NCBI GenBank assembly: GCA_024679065.1
Contig: JAGIQG010000043.1
Coordinates: 744,001 to 808,000 of the forward strand
Direction: 5' to 3'
Source: Sphyrna mokarran
Taxonomy: Eukaryota
DNA length: 64,000 bases
Part shown: positions 51,510-63,537 of the stretch, piece by piece
How positions within the stretch are numbered: the stretch's first letter is position 1
How the letters are laid out: every line of letters begins with the position of its first letter
The notes under the pieces: generated by a model
Told to the model about the DNA's origin: nothing
Database searches by the model: none
Seen by the model: only the letters and a program-made list of their open reading frames with translations
Program-made: the position numbers and the translations under genes

Positions 51510-53020
51510 TCTAACCAGTCTTCCATCCAATGTCTCTTTCTGCTGCCTCGGGAAAAGCAGCCAACATAATCAAGGACCTCACGCACTTCTGACATTGTTT
51601 CTTCCATCTTCTTCCATTGGGAAAATATGCAAAAGTCTGAGGTCACGTACCAACCGACACAAAACAACTTCTTGCCTGCTGCTGTCAGAATTTGGAAGTG
51701 TTCTACCTCACACAAAGTTGACATTTCTCTACACCCTAATTATGACAGTAACACGACATTCTGCACGCTCTCCTTTCCTTCTTTATGAACGGTATGCTTT
51801 GCCTATATAGTGCGTAAGAAACAATACATTTCACTGACAATACACGTGACAATAATAAATCAAATCAAATGAAACCACAAAAATGCCCGATTCAGAATGA
51901 AAAAAAAAATCTCTCCATTACAACCTGAAGATAGGTTGAGGGAGCCGGGAGTCTTCTCCCTGGAGCGACGTAGGTTGAGAGGCGACTTGATAGCGGTGTA
52001 TAAAATGTTGAGAGGAAAGATGGGGTGGATTCTCAGAGGCTATTTCCCCGGGCTGAAATGGTTGCTACGAGAGGACACAGATTTAAGGTGCAGGGAAGCA
52101 AATACAGAGGGGATGTTAGGGGTAAGTTTTTCACTCAGAGGGTGGTGAGTGGATGGAATTGGCTGCCGTCGATGGTGGTAGAGACGAACTCGCTGGGGTC
52201 TTTTAAAAGACTTCTGGATGAGTATATGGGAACTAATGGGATAGGGGGTTATAGATAGGTCTGTGGCTTCATAGGTATAGATGTGATTGGCACAACTCGT
52301 GGGCCGAAGGGCCTGCAGTGTTCTCTGTTCTATGTTCCAATTGCTCTGATTATGGTGTTAGTTTTCCTATTTTCCTCTCCCCTTTCGAAAGGTATAATAC
52401 CAGTCTACGCACCGGTAAATTGGTTTTAGATAGTGGGGATGAGACACGTGGGAACTGGGTGATGTTAATCACGTAATCGCATGCCTGAAACTGAACAAAA
52501 AGAAAACAGAAAATGCTGGAAAACCTCTGTGGGGTTATGGGAATAGTGATCAGTGCCGGCTCGTTGAGCCAAGTAGCCTTCTTGAGCACTGAACAAACTG
52601 ACTGTATGATTTTTGTTCCGAAAGCATCTGTAGAAAGAATATAGACCCGACATTTCGAGTCTGGATGACTCTCGGTTAGATCTCTATTGCCTCTCCACCA
52701 ATGTTCTCAGAATCCGAGGATCATAGAATCCCGACAGCGCAGAAAGAAGTTATTTGCTCCATCGAGTCTGCACGGATCACAATCCTTCCCAGGCCCTACT
52801 CCCGCAAACCCACACATTTACACTGCTAATCCCCTGACACGAAGGGGCAATTCAGCAATTTACCCCTCACATCTTTAGACATTGGGAGGAAAGATGAGCA
52901 TCTGGAGGAAACCCACGCAAACACGAGGAGAATGTGTATGTTCTTCAGACAGTGACCCAAGCTGGGAATGCAAGGCGGGTTCCTGGCGTTGTTGTGCAGC
53001 AGGGTTAATCACTGTGCCGC
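51510..53020. mobile_element. Rex1/Babar-like 3' end (51510-51870, plus), CR1 3' end (51925-52337, plus) and HE1-like SINE (52720-53020, minus) in the leader-V intron
   Basis: KAANIIKD.TH remnant with (ATCAA)n tail; CR1 C-terminal motifs; SINE V-domain. Confidence 0.75.
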
Positions 53021-53750
53021 TGAGATGTTCCAGCACGTTCTATCATTGCTTCGTTTCTTTTTCGGGCGCTGAAGTTAGTTCAAAAGTTTATAACTGACCC
53101 TGAAGTTCTACTTGAAAAGTTTTCTCCCTAAACTCGCCAATGTTGTTCACGGAGCCTATTCACACAGCATATCTCGGGAGAAATGGCAAATCAGAGTATA
53201 TCTTTTCTAATCATTGTTGTTAAACGGCGTTGCATTTTGTCAGCAAAATTTATTTCATTTGTTAAGTTAAACTTGCACGCCGAGTCACACACCTTTTCGT
53301 ACCGCAGAAGACGGGGGCGGCGCGGGGAGGGTTTTGTTGGGTAAGGAGGGGAAGTGGGCTGGGATGGGAGACCGTTCGGCCCTTCGAGTATGAATCTTTG
53401 AAAAATTTCGCTAATCTTACCCTTCGAGTATGAGTTGAATCTTTGAAAGATTTCGCTAATCTTACTGAATTTTCTCCCCTTAAGTATGTATCCATTTCCA
53501 CCATTTTGAAAGTTCCAATTCCCGCTTTTGAAAGTTCCTGTTGAATCTGCTTGCTCCGCCCTTTCAAGCAGACCCTTCCAGCTCACAGCAATTCAAATAG
53601 GTTAAAAAATCCCCTCATTCCCCTCTCTGTTACTTTTACCGAATTCGTGTTCATTTGGTTCGAGAAACTCCTGCCAATGAAATCAGTGTCTGCCTCTTCA
53701 CTCTATCCAAATCCTCTCCACTCAATCTGAATATAATGAGGATATCTCAC

Positions 53751-53793
53751 CCTGAGAAAGAAGGAGCAATGCACAGATACCGAGGAAACTCAT
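53751..53793 (-). CDS. VJ-C1 antigen-receptor-like gene, exon 1: leader (MSFLGICALLLLSQ)
   Basis: acaATGA start, hydrophobic core, CAG G|GTGAGA phase-1 donor. Splices to give the signal peptide MSFLGICALLLLSQVTLC followed by QVTLSQSP, a split leader typical of Ig/TCR V genes. Confidence 0.85.
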
Positions 53794-55728
53794 TGTTCTT
53801 GACTGAAACCGTGAGAATCTAAACCCAGGGTCCGAATTTCACTGAGAACGCATTCTTGTTCTCTCTGTGCGGAGGAGGAGCGAAATACGCGCACAATGGG
53901 CATGAATGAAAACACGACAGGGGTTTGAAAATAGAACCGAGGTAGAGAGCTCTCTGTGGTTTTCCTGTTCACTACATGTCCAGGTACTAGCGAGCATTCA
54001 GCATGTTCTACAAAATGCCTCAAATATCTCACTCACATCAGCTACACCAGACATGGAGTGCAGAGCACCGCTCCTCCGAATCTGGTAAGGATTCCCAGGT
54101 AGTGGACAAGGCACAGTTAACATTTCACAACGAATGATACCAGAAATGAGAGCGTGCAACTGTCAATGAGTCTTGAGGAGTTTGGAGCTCTTTGTCCCTG
54201 AAAAGTAAATGAAAATTGAGGGCTGATCCAGCAAAACATTTGCAATTATGAAATGGTTCAACAAGGCAGAAGAAGGATTTCAAAATATTGCAGGATGAAT
54301 TTGTCACCAAGCAGGAATTGAGGAGAAAAGTGTATCTTGGAAGATTGGGAGAGATATGGAACTCGGTTGCATAGGGAATGTTTTTGATTTGAATTGATTT
54401 GTTTCTGTCGCATGTATTGGGATACAGTGTAAAGTGTTGTTTCTTGCGTGCTATACAGACAAAGCATACCGTTCATAGAGTACATAGATTTAATTTAATA
54501 CTGTCACATGTACTGTGACACCGTGAAAAGTATTATTTCTTGTGCGCTATACAAAGCATACCGTTCATCGAGAAGAAAAGGAGAGAGTACAGAATGTAGT
54601 GCCACAATCATAGCCAGAATGTAGAGAAATTCCAACTTAATGCAAGGTGGCTCCATTTTTCGATATATATTAACATATTGGATAATAATACATCAAACCA
54701 GATCAGATTAAAATGTGTATTGTTTGAAAAAAAGCATCATTCTGAATATAGAACAAAGAACATAGAACATTACAGCGCAGAACAGAGCCTTTGGCCTTCG
54801 ATGTTGCGCCGAGCAATTAAGAAAAAGCAATGACCCTGTAACCTAAACCATTCCGTTTTCATCCATAAACTTATCTACGAACCTCTTAAATGCCACAAAC
54901 TTGCCGCATCTACAACTGCAGCAGGCAGGGCTTTCCATAACCTTACCACCCACTGGGTAAACAACCTACCTCTGACATCCGTCCTGTAACTACGACCCCT
55001 TAATTTTAAGCTCTGTCCCCTCGTGCTAGCTTTCTCCATCCTCGGAAAAAGGCTATCACTGTCCACCCTATTTAAAACTCTAATCATCTTATATGTTTAA
55101 ATAAGGTCTCCTCTTAGTTGCCTTCTTTCCAACGAAAACAACCTCAAGTCCCTCAGCCACTCTTCTTAAGACCTGCCCTCCATACCAGGCAACATCCTGG
55201 TAAACTTCCTCTGTACCCTCTCCAATGCCTCCACATCTTTCTTATTATGCGGGGAACCAGAACTGCACACAATACTCCAAGTGCAGCCGCAAAAGAGTTT
55301 TCTACAGTTGCAACATGACGTTGCGGCTCCGAAATTCAATACCCCTACCAATAAAAGCTCCGTATGCCTTCTTAACAACCTTATCGACTTGATTGCCAAC
55401 TTTCAGGGATCTATGCACATATACACCAATAGTGTTCTTCAACATTATTAAGAGACCTGCGATTAGCCCTATACTCTACACATTTGTTATTCCTGCCAAA
55501 GTGAATTACCTGGATGAGGTTATAGGACGATATCAGAGGTAGGTCCTGTACCCAGAGGGTGGTTAAGGAGTGAAATGCCCTGCCTGCGGCAGTTGCAGAT
55601 GCGCCAAGTTTGGTGGCGTTTAAGAGGTTAGTTGATAAGTTTATGGAAGAGAAGGGAATGGTTTAGTTTGGAGGGTCATTGCTTTTTTCATAATTGGTTG
55701 GCGCTACATCGAAGGCCGAAGGGCCTGT

Positions 55729-56616
55729 TAGAACATAGAACATAGAACATAGAACAATACAGCACAGAACAGGCCCTTCGGCCCTCGATGTTGTGCCGAC
55801 CAAAATAAAAAGCAATGCCCCTCCTAACTAAACCATTCCCTTCTCATCCATATACTTATAAACTAACCTCTTAAACGCCACCAAACTTGGCGCATCTACA
55901 ACAGCTGCAGGCAGGGCATTCCACTCCCTAATCACTCTTTGAGTAAAGAACCTACCTCTGATATCCGTCCTATAACTCATACTCCTTAATTTAAAGTTGT
56001 GTCCCCTCGTGATAGCTTTTTCCATCCTAGGAAAAAGGCTATCACTGTCCACCCTATCCAAACCTCTAATCATCTTATATGTTTCAATAAGATCCCCCCT
56101 TAGCCGCCTCCTTCCTAACGAAAACAGCCTCAAATCCTTCAACCTCTCTTCATAGGACCTGCCCTCCATACCAGGCAACATCCTAGTAAACCTCCTCTGT
56201 ACCCTCTCCAAGGCCTCCACATCTTTCTTATAATGTGGCGACCAGAACTGCACACAATACTCCAAGTGCGGCCGCACTAGAGTTTTGTACAGCTGCAACA
56301 TGATGCTGCGGCTCCTAAATTCAATCCCCCTACCAATAAAAGCTAAGACTCCATAAGCCGTCTTAACAACTTTATCCACTTGACTGCCTACTTTCAGGGA
56401 TCTATTGACACATAAACCAAGATCCTTCTGTTCCTCAACACTATTAAGAGCCCTACCATTAGCCCTATACTCTACACATTTATTGTTCCTGCCAAAGTGC
56501 ATTACCTCACACTTTTCCACATTAAACTCCATGCCAAAGTGCATTACCTCACACTTTTCCACATTAAACTCCATGCCAAAGTGCATTACCTCACACTTTT
56601 CCACATTAAACTCCAT
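55729..56616 (-). mobile_element. Young CR1 3' part, the innermost of a triple nest, with a 42-bp unit repeated 3 times at its 5' end
   Basis: ORF 55828..56646 shows MEFNVEKCEVMHFG three times. Confidence 0.9.
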
Positions 56617-58017
56617 TAAATGTTCTATTAAATGTTCTATTAACACATTAAATGTTCTGCGCTGTAATGTCCTATGTTCTATGTTCTATGTTCTACCTCA
56701 CACTTTTCCGCATTAAAATCCATTTTGCCACCTCTCGGACCAGCTCTGCAACTTGTCCAAGTCTCTCTGCAAACTATAACACCCCTCTTCACTATCTACC
56801 ACTCCACCGACTTTAGTGTCATCTGCAAATTTACTAATCCATACTTCAATACCCTCATCCAGATCATTTATAAAAATTACAAACAGCAGGGGCCCCAAAA
56901 CAGATCCCTGAGGTACACCACTTGTAACCGAACTCCACGATGAATAACTTCCATCAACCACCACCCTCTGTCTTCTATCAGCTAGTCAATTCCTAATCCA
57001 ATTAGCTAAATCACCCTCAATCCCATACATCTGCATTTTCTGCAGAAGCCTTCCATGTGCCACCTTATCGAACGCCTTACTAAAGTCAATATATACCACA
57101 TCAACTGCCTTACCCCCATCCACCTCTTTGGTCACTTTTTCAAAAAACTCAATAAGGTTAGTAAGGCACGACCTACCCTTCACAAAACCATGCTGACTAT
57201 TCTTAATCAATTCATTTCTCTCTAAATAACTATAAATCCTATCCCTAATAATTCTTTCCAATACTTTGCCCACAACAGAACTAAGACTCACCGGAATATA
57301 ATTCCAAGGAAAGTCTCTTTTCCCCTTCTTGAACAATGGAACCACATTCGCTATCCTCCAGTCTTCCGGCACTGTACCCGTAACCAACGACGACCTGAAG
57401 ATCAGAGCCAGAGGCTCTGCAATCGCCTCTCTCGCCTCCCAGAGAATCCTAGGGTAAATCCCATCCGGCCCAGAGGATTTATCTAACTTCAAACCCTTAA
57501 GAATATCTAGCACATCCTCCTCATCTACTTCAATACTTTCCAGTTTACAACCCTGTATCCCAGTGTTCTCCACAACTACATTTACATCTCCCAGCGTCAA
57601 TACCGAAGAGAAATATTTGTTCAGTGCCTCTCCAATCTCTTCAGGCTCCACGCACAACTTCCCCCTGCTGTCTCTGACTGGCCCTATTCTTGCCCTAATC
57701 AATCTCCTATTCTTAACATATCTAAAGAAAGCTTTAGAATTCTCCTTGATTATATCAGCCAAAGTCTTCTCGTGTCCTCTTTTACCTCTTCTCAATTCCC
57801 TCCTTAGCTCCCTCCTGGCTAATCTATAGCTATCCAGTTCACTAACTGAGCCTTCAAGCCTCATCCTGACATAAGCCTCCTTTGAGCTTTTAACAAGCGT
57901 ATTAACTTTTTTAGTACACGATGGCTAGTACTTTTTAGTACTCGACCAATTCCTCGTTGCCTGACAGGGACATACTTATCAAGGACTCGCAGTAGCTGCT
58001 CTTTGAATAAGCTCCAC

Positions 58018-58418
58018 ATTTGAGGTTGTTTTCGTTAGAAAGGAGGCGGCTAAGAGGGGATCTTATTGAAGCATATAAGATGATTAGAGGTTTAGATAGG
58101 GTGGACAGTGACAGCCTTTTTCCTAGGATGGAGAAAGCTAGCACGAGGGGACACAGCTTTAAATTAAGGGTTATGAGTTATAGGACGGATATCAGAGGTA
58201 GGTTCTTTACTGAAAGAGTGATTAGGGAGTGGAATGCCCTGCCTGCAACTGTTGTAGATGCGCCAAGTTTGGTGGCGTTTAAGAGGTTAGTTGATAAGTA
58301 TATGGAAGAGAAGGAATGGTTTAGTTTGGAGGGGCATTGCTTTTTATTTTGGTCGGCACAACATCGAAGGCCGAAGGGCCTGTTCTGTGCTGTATTGTTC
58401 TATGTTCTATGTTCTATT
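58018..58418 (+). mobile_element. Young CR1 3' fragment inserted antisense into the full-length CR1
   Basis: ORF 58020..58490; ATTT at both junctions. Confidence 0.9.
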
Positions 58419-60994
58419 TCAGATGTTCCCAGTCCCTGTAGTTTCCTAGTCCAACCTATGCACCCTAATTCCCTTCTTATGGCCTCATAATTACCATTCC
58501 CCCAGCTATAACTACTGCCCCCAAGTTCATGCCTATCCCTATCTATCACTAAGGTGAACGTAACCGAATTGTGCTCACTATCACCAAAATGTTCACCAAT
58601 TTCCAAGTCTAACACCTGGTCTGGCTCATTGCCCAGCACCAAATCCAATGTAGCCTCACCTCTAGTTAGCCTATCTACAAACTGATTCAAAGAACCTTCC
58701 TGCACACTTTGTATAAAAATTGACCCCTCTAAGGAGCTAGAGCTATAGCTATTCCAATTAATATTAGTAAAGTTAAAGCCCCCCATAACAATTACCCTAT
58801 TGCTTTCACTCCTGTCCAGGATCGACTTTGCAATCCTTTCCTCTACCTCTCTAGAACTTTTAGGAGGTCTATAAAAGACTCCCAACAGGGTGACCTCTCC
58901 TCTCCTGTTTCTAATCTCAGCCCATCCTACCTCAACAGACAAGTCCTCATCAAACTTCCTTTTGTCACTGTGATACAGTCTTTGACTAATAATGCCACTC
59001 CTCCCCCCCTTCTACCTCCTTCTCTACTCTGACTGAAGCATTTGAACCCTGGAACCTGCAACAACCACTCCTGTCCCTGCTCTATCCATGACTCAGAAAT
59101 GGCCACAACACCGAAGTTCCAGGTACTGGTCCAAGCTGCAAGTTCCTCCACCTTATTGCGAATACTTCTTGCATTAAAGTATACGCATTTCAAACCATGC
59201 CCTACTCCACTGTACGCTGCTGTGCTTTACAGTTCCCGTCTCTGACCCCCCTATTCTCGTCCCTCTTAACATCCAAGCTACTCAGGATCCCACCCCCCTT
59301 CTGAATCAGTTTAAACCCCCCTGCATAGCCTTTGCAAATTTTCCCCCCAAGATATTGGATCCCCTCTGGTTCAGGCATAGACCATCTCTCTTGTAGACCT
59401 ACCCCAGAATGAGCCCCAATTGTTCAAGAACCTGAACCCTTCCCTCCTGCACCATCCCTGCAGCCACAAATTCAAACATTCCCTCTCTCTTTTCTTCTCT
59501 AAACTATCCCGTGGCACAGGCAAGAGTCCAGAGATAACCACTCTGTCTGTTTTGGCCCTAAGCTTCCACCCCAACTCCATAAATTTCTGTTTAATATCCC
59601 CTTCCCTTGTCCTACCTACATCATGTGTCCCTACATGAACTATGACTTGTGGCTGACTCCCCTCTCCCTTAAGAATCTTGAAAACCCGCTCTGAGACGTC
59701 CTGGACCCCGGCCCCTGGGAGGCAACACCCCAGCCCTGAGTCCCGTTCATTACTATTTACTCTCCTATCTGTCCCCCTAACTATGGAGTCTCCAATTACC
59801 AATCTCTTATTTCCCCTACCCACCCGAGCATTCACAGCAGGCTCACCCCCAGAGACTTGCTCCCTTTGGCTATCTCCAGTTGATTTTTCCTCAACTCTTG
59901 CCTCCAGGACAGAAAACTTATTTTGGAGCGGAACAGCCCCGGGGGATTGTCTCCCCGATTGCTTCTTACCCCGCTTCCTAAAAGTTACCCACGAATCTCT
60001 TTTAGGAGTGACTATCTCTTTGTAACTCCTCTCAATATCCGCCTCAACCTCCTGAATTATCCGGAGTTCCTCTAATTCCATCTCCAGCTCCTTAACACGA
60101 TCCTCAAGGAGCTGCAAATGTGCACACTTCCTGCAGGTATAAACAGCAGGAACACTACTGGTGTCCCTCACCTCGTACATACCACAGGAGGTGCAACATA
60201 CTGCCTGCACTGCCATCCCTGATATTTTAATTTCTAGGAGAGAGAAAAAAAAACTTCCCACACACTTTTATTATTCGGTTAGAGGAGGGGGGAGGTGGGA
60301 TACTCTACCTGTGTAGAGTATCGGGTTTCCTGTCTGTACCAATTTATAGAGTCAGAGAGAAAAACTACAACTACCGGTAAGCCTCCTAATGACGACTTCC
60401 GGTATCCAGTTAGTTTCAAAAAAAAGGCAAAAAACTACCACCGCTCGCTACTTTAACCAAAAAGAAAAAGTTAAAAATTACCTTAAACTCGAACTTTACA
60501 CTCGCCCAAATCGCTGCCTCTCCGTGCTGCTCCACAGGAACAATCAAACACAGGAACCACAACAAGAATATGGTGTTCAGTTTCCCATTTTCCTCCTCAC
60601 GTCCGCTAGAGATAAATGATAAAGTTGTATTTTCACTGAGCAGCAGATAGACACGAAGGGGAGAAAGGAGTAGAAGAATATGTTGATGACGTGATAGAAG
60701 GAAGGAATGGGGTACCTCGGGATCATTGACAGAAACTGATAGGCCAAACGATACGAATCTGTTTTTTTTATGTAGTCATGTTAGAAAAAAACATAACATC
60801 AAAGCCTACCTTTGCTACCCTGATAGCTGAGCAGTTAGTGCTGCCTCCATGCATTGCATGGGTTGCAAAAGAACATGGTTAGTGATATATCTTTAGAAGT
60901 GCACTTACTTTTGAAATGTGGGAGATTCAGTCAGGTTCACGCAAAACGAGATGTTGAAAACTGACAATCAATAAAGCCTTGATAAGTTAACTTA

Positions 60995-61420
60995 TAGAAC
61001 CATAAAACTCCTGCAGTGCAGAAGGAGTATCATACAGCCCATTGAGCCACCACTATCAGCAAACACACCCAGGCGTTATTGCCGTGACCCCACATATTTA
61101 GCCTGCTGATTCCCCCGACACTTGGAGGCAATTTAGCATGGCTAGCCTATCTAATCTGCACATCTTTACCCATTAAGGTGCAATTTAGCATGGCCAATCC
61201 GGCAACTCGCACTTCTTTGTATAGTTGGGGACAATTTAGCGTGGCCGACCCACGTAAGTTGCACACCTTTGGATACTAAGGACAACGTAACATGGTCAAT
61301 CAAAAAAAAGGCACAAAATTGGCCAATAAGGGATCTGGAATACCTGCACCACTTCAGACATTAAGGGACAATTTAGCATAGTCAATCTACATAACCATGA
61401 CATTGTTGGGCATTTGCATT
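60995..61420 (-). repeat. HE1 SINE 3' part followed by a tandem array of its ~50-bp internal subunit
   Basis: Repeated ggcaatttagcatggccaatcc...gcacatctttggacactaag units. Confidence 0.7.
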
Positions 61421-61789
61421 TAAACTTACAGTGTTCTAATTTACAGATACTGTCCCAGACACCTCGATCGCCAATTTTATTCATTCCTGTTGCTTCTTTT
61501 GACAAATTCTCTTCAACCAATTCAACGTAACTCTCGATATTTTGCCCTTTTCTACAAATATGTATTCGTGTTTTTTACAGAAATGATAAGTGGTGACAGA
61601 ACACAGAAACAAACAGGACTATCTTAAAATAGGGAGAGTAAGAATATTTATTTTTCATTGTGCTTCTAGAAAGCCAGCACACCCTCTATTGGGTGAAAAA
61701 AATCTCCTTTACACTGACAAACAAAACTATTTAAAAATAAGTTGCCTGGTTACTTGTTCTCTACCATCGAAGATCACCTCGATCTATTA

Positions 61790-62487
61790 GATCTATTAGA
61801 GGTATATATGATTATGAGGGGTATAGATAGAGCAAATGGTGGTAAGCTTTTTCCTCCATTAGATTCGGTTAGAACAAGGGGTCACGGCCTTAGGGTGAGG
61901 GGGGCTATGTATAAGACGAATATTAGAGGGCAGTTTTTCTCACAAAGGGTAGTGGGGGTGTGGAATGCACTACCGAGTAAGGTGGTGGGAGCAGGCACGC
62001 TAGGTTTGTTTAAGGGTCTCTTGGACAGCCACATGAGCGGTCTGCAGATAGAGGGATATAGCAGGACTGTTTAAATATCTTATTTGTTTCCACAAGCAAT
62101 TCGGTCCACCTTGTTGACCTAACAGGTCGTGCAAGGGCTGCTCCTGGATGTTGCTTCAGAAGTGGCCTAGTGCTTCACGTCGTTAGTGTATGCTTAAACT
62201 GGACCATCAGATGGGCAACATGACAGCTCAGTGCCTATCGCTGTTGCTGTGCAGACACATGGATTTGGGCCTGTGTCTGCAGGAGTTTGCGTGTTCTCCC
62301 CATGGTTGCGTGGGTTTTCTCCGGGTGCTCCGGTTTCCTCCCACATCCCAAAAATGTGCTCTTAGGCTGATTGGGTAACAAATTGTCCCTATATTGGTCT
62401 CTATATGTCGTTAGGACGGCGGTGCGGGCTCGTTGGGCCGAAGGGCCTGTTTCCCATGCTGTGTTGTTCTTTGTTCTTTGTTCTTTG
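61790..62487 (+). mobile_element. Composite CR1/V-SINE 3' end with a divergent ORF2 C-terminus
   Basis: FFSQRVVGVWNALP...EGYSRTV-stop, then the same UTR, SINE-derived block and (TTCTTTG)n tail as 12265-13316. Confidence 0.8.
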
Positions 62488-63537
62488 TAAACATGCTCAG
62501 TGGTGGCACTTGCCGTGACTGTGTGGTGGTCAGTTGACATTCCTGATTAACCAGGGTCAGAATCCTTCCTTCCTTCTCCAGTGACAAGAGCAGGTGCAAA
62601 GAGGATGGACTCCATTCTATTCCTCATATCAGCTCATTCAAAACATGTGAGGATCGATTTGGAACTGATTGCTCTGGCTCTCCCCAAATTCATGTTCGTT
62701 ACTGAGACCATGCACAAAGTTAGACTCATCCAAATCTAGAATCTTATGTCGGAATAGATCAGAATGGGGAGGCGATGGAGACTGAGGCGATGGGGGCGGG
62801 ATGGAGGGCTTAATTGAGATGTGTAGAATTATGTGGGGCACAGATAGGGAAGACGGAAAGAAACGTTTTATGTGTATTTATTCGTGCCTCAAGTAGAGTC
62901 ACATTGCAATGTAATAAAGTCTCATTACCACATTCTGTCGCCTGCTCTGGCCACGCTTGCATGCTATGACCTTAAAAAAGATATCTCGCTCACAGTCCTT
63001 TCAGGGGCTGTGGAAAATACATCAAAGCAGAAATTGCTTGTGACAGAAAGTTGTCCGAGACTACAGCTCAACGTGGTGTTTCGTTTATTTTTATTATTGA
63101 AGTGCTACACCTACCAAATGCCTCCAGAGATCAGAAACTGAGACACAATGTTGAACCACAGAGAGAAGACAGTTGGGCATCCAAAATAGATTTAGCTGAA
63201 CAGAGGACCTACTAATTTACATTTACGCCATGCTACAGGATCCTATTCAAAAGATAATTAGTTACCATTTTGAAGCATTACAAGGGTTGAGGACAATTAG
63301 CAGAAACCCGACTTTGGGTCACGACCGTCACACTCATTTCATCTGCAGGTCAGAGGATCTGCAGTCTGTGCATTCTACATTGAAGCAGCAAATCACTGAG
63401 AGTCCCAGCACAATTTCAATCAAGTCACATATAATTCATACAGTATTTTCACTTCTCTGTATGAGGCAGTTTGCATCAACAATCGTGTGCAACCTCTTTA
63501 CAGAATAAATTAGATTGAACAGAATTATATTACAGCA

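Larger units (their letters stand above)
54748..60535 (-). mobile_element. Originally full-length CR1 LINE (5' UTR, ORF1 59371-60261, ORF2, tail), split by three later CR1 insertions
   Basis: ORF1 has CxxC..CxxC, a zipper and GDS/HVGTHD esterase motifs; ORF2 has EN and RT pieces. The halves rejoin at ACCT (55508-55511 and 56695-56698) and at ATTT (about 58018 and 58416). Confidence 0.9.

Noticed and set aside
53191-53586. 131-aa ORF containing a repeated KISEIFQRF
   Set aside because: It arises from a local 40-45 bp tandem duplication (about 53380-53465) in the leader-V intron; no supporting splice sites were seen.
56491-56616. Regular 42-bp direct repeats as a CRISPR-like array
   Set aside because: There are no spacers, the unit is CR1 RT coding sequence, and the context is eukaryotic.
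9627-60261. The many 60-300 aa ORFs as host genes
   Set aside because: They are broken CR1 ORF1/ORF2 pieces or their antisense shadows; no copy has an uninterrupted ORF2.
62872-63508. ORFs in unique sequence near the right end as a further receptor tail
   Set aside because: No Ig, TM or canonical ITIM/ITAM motif in any frame I read.
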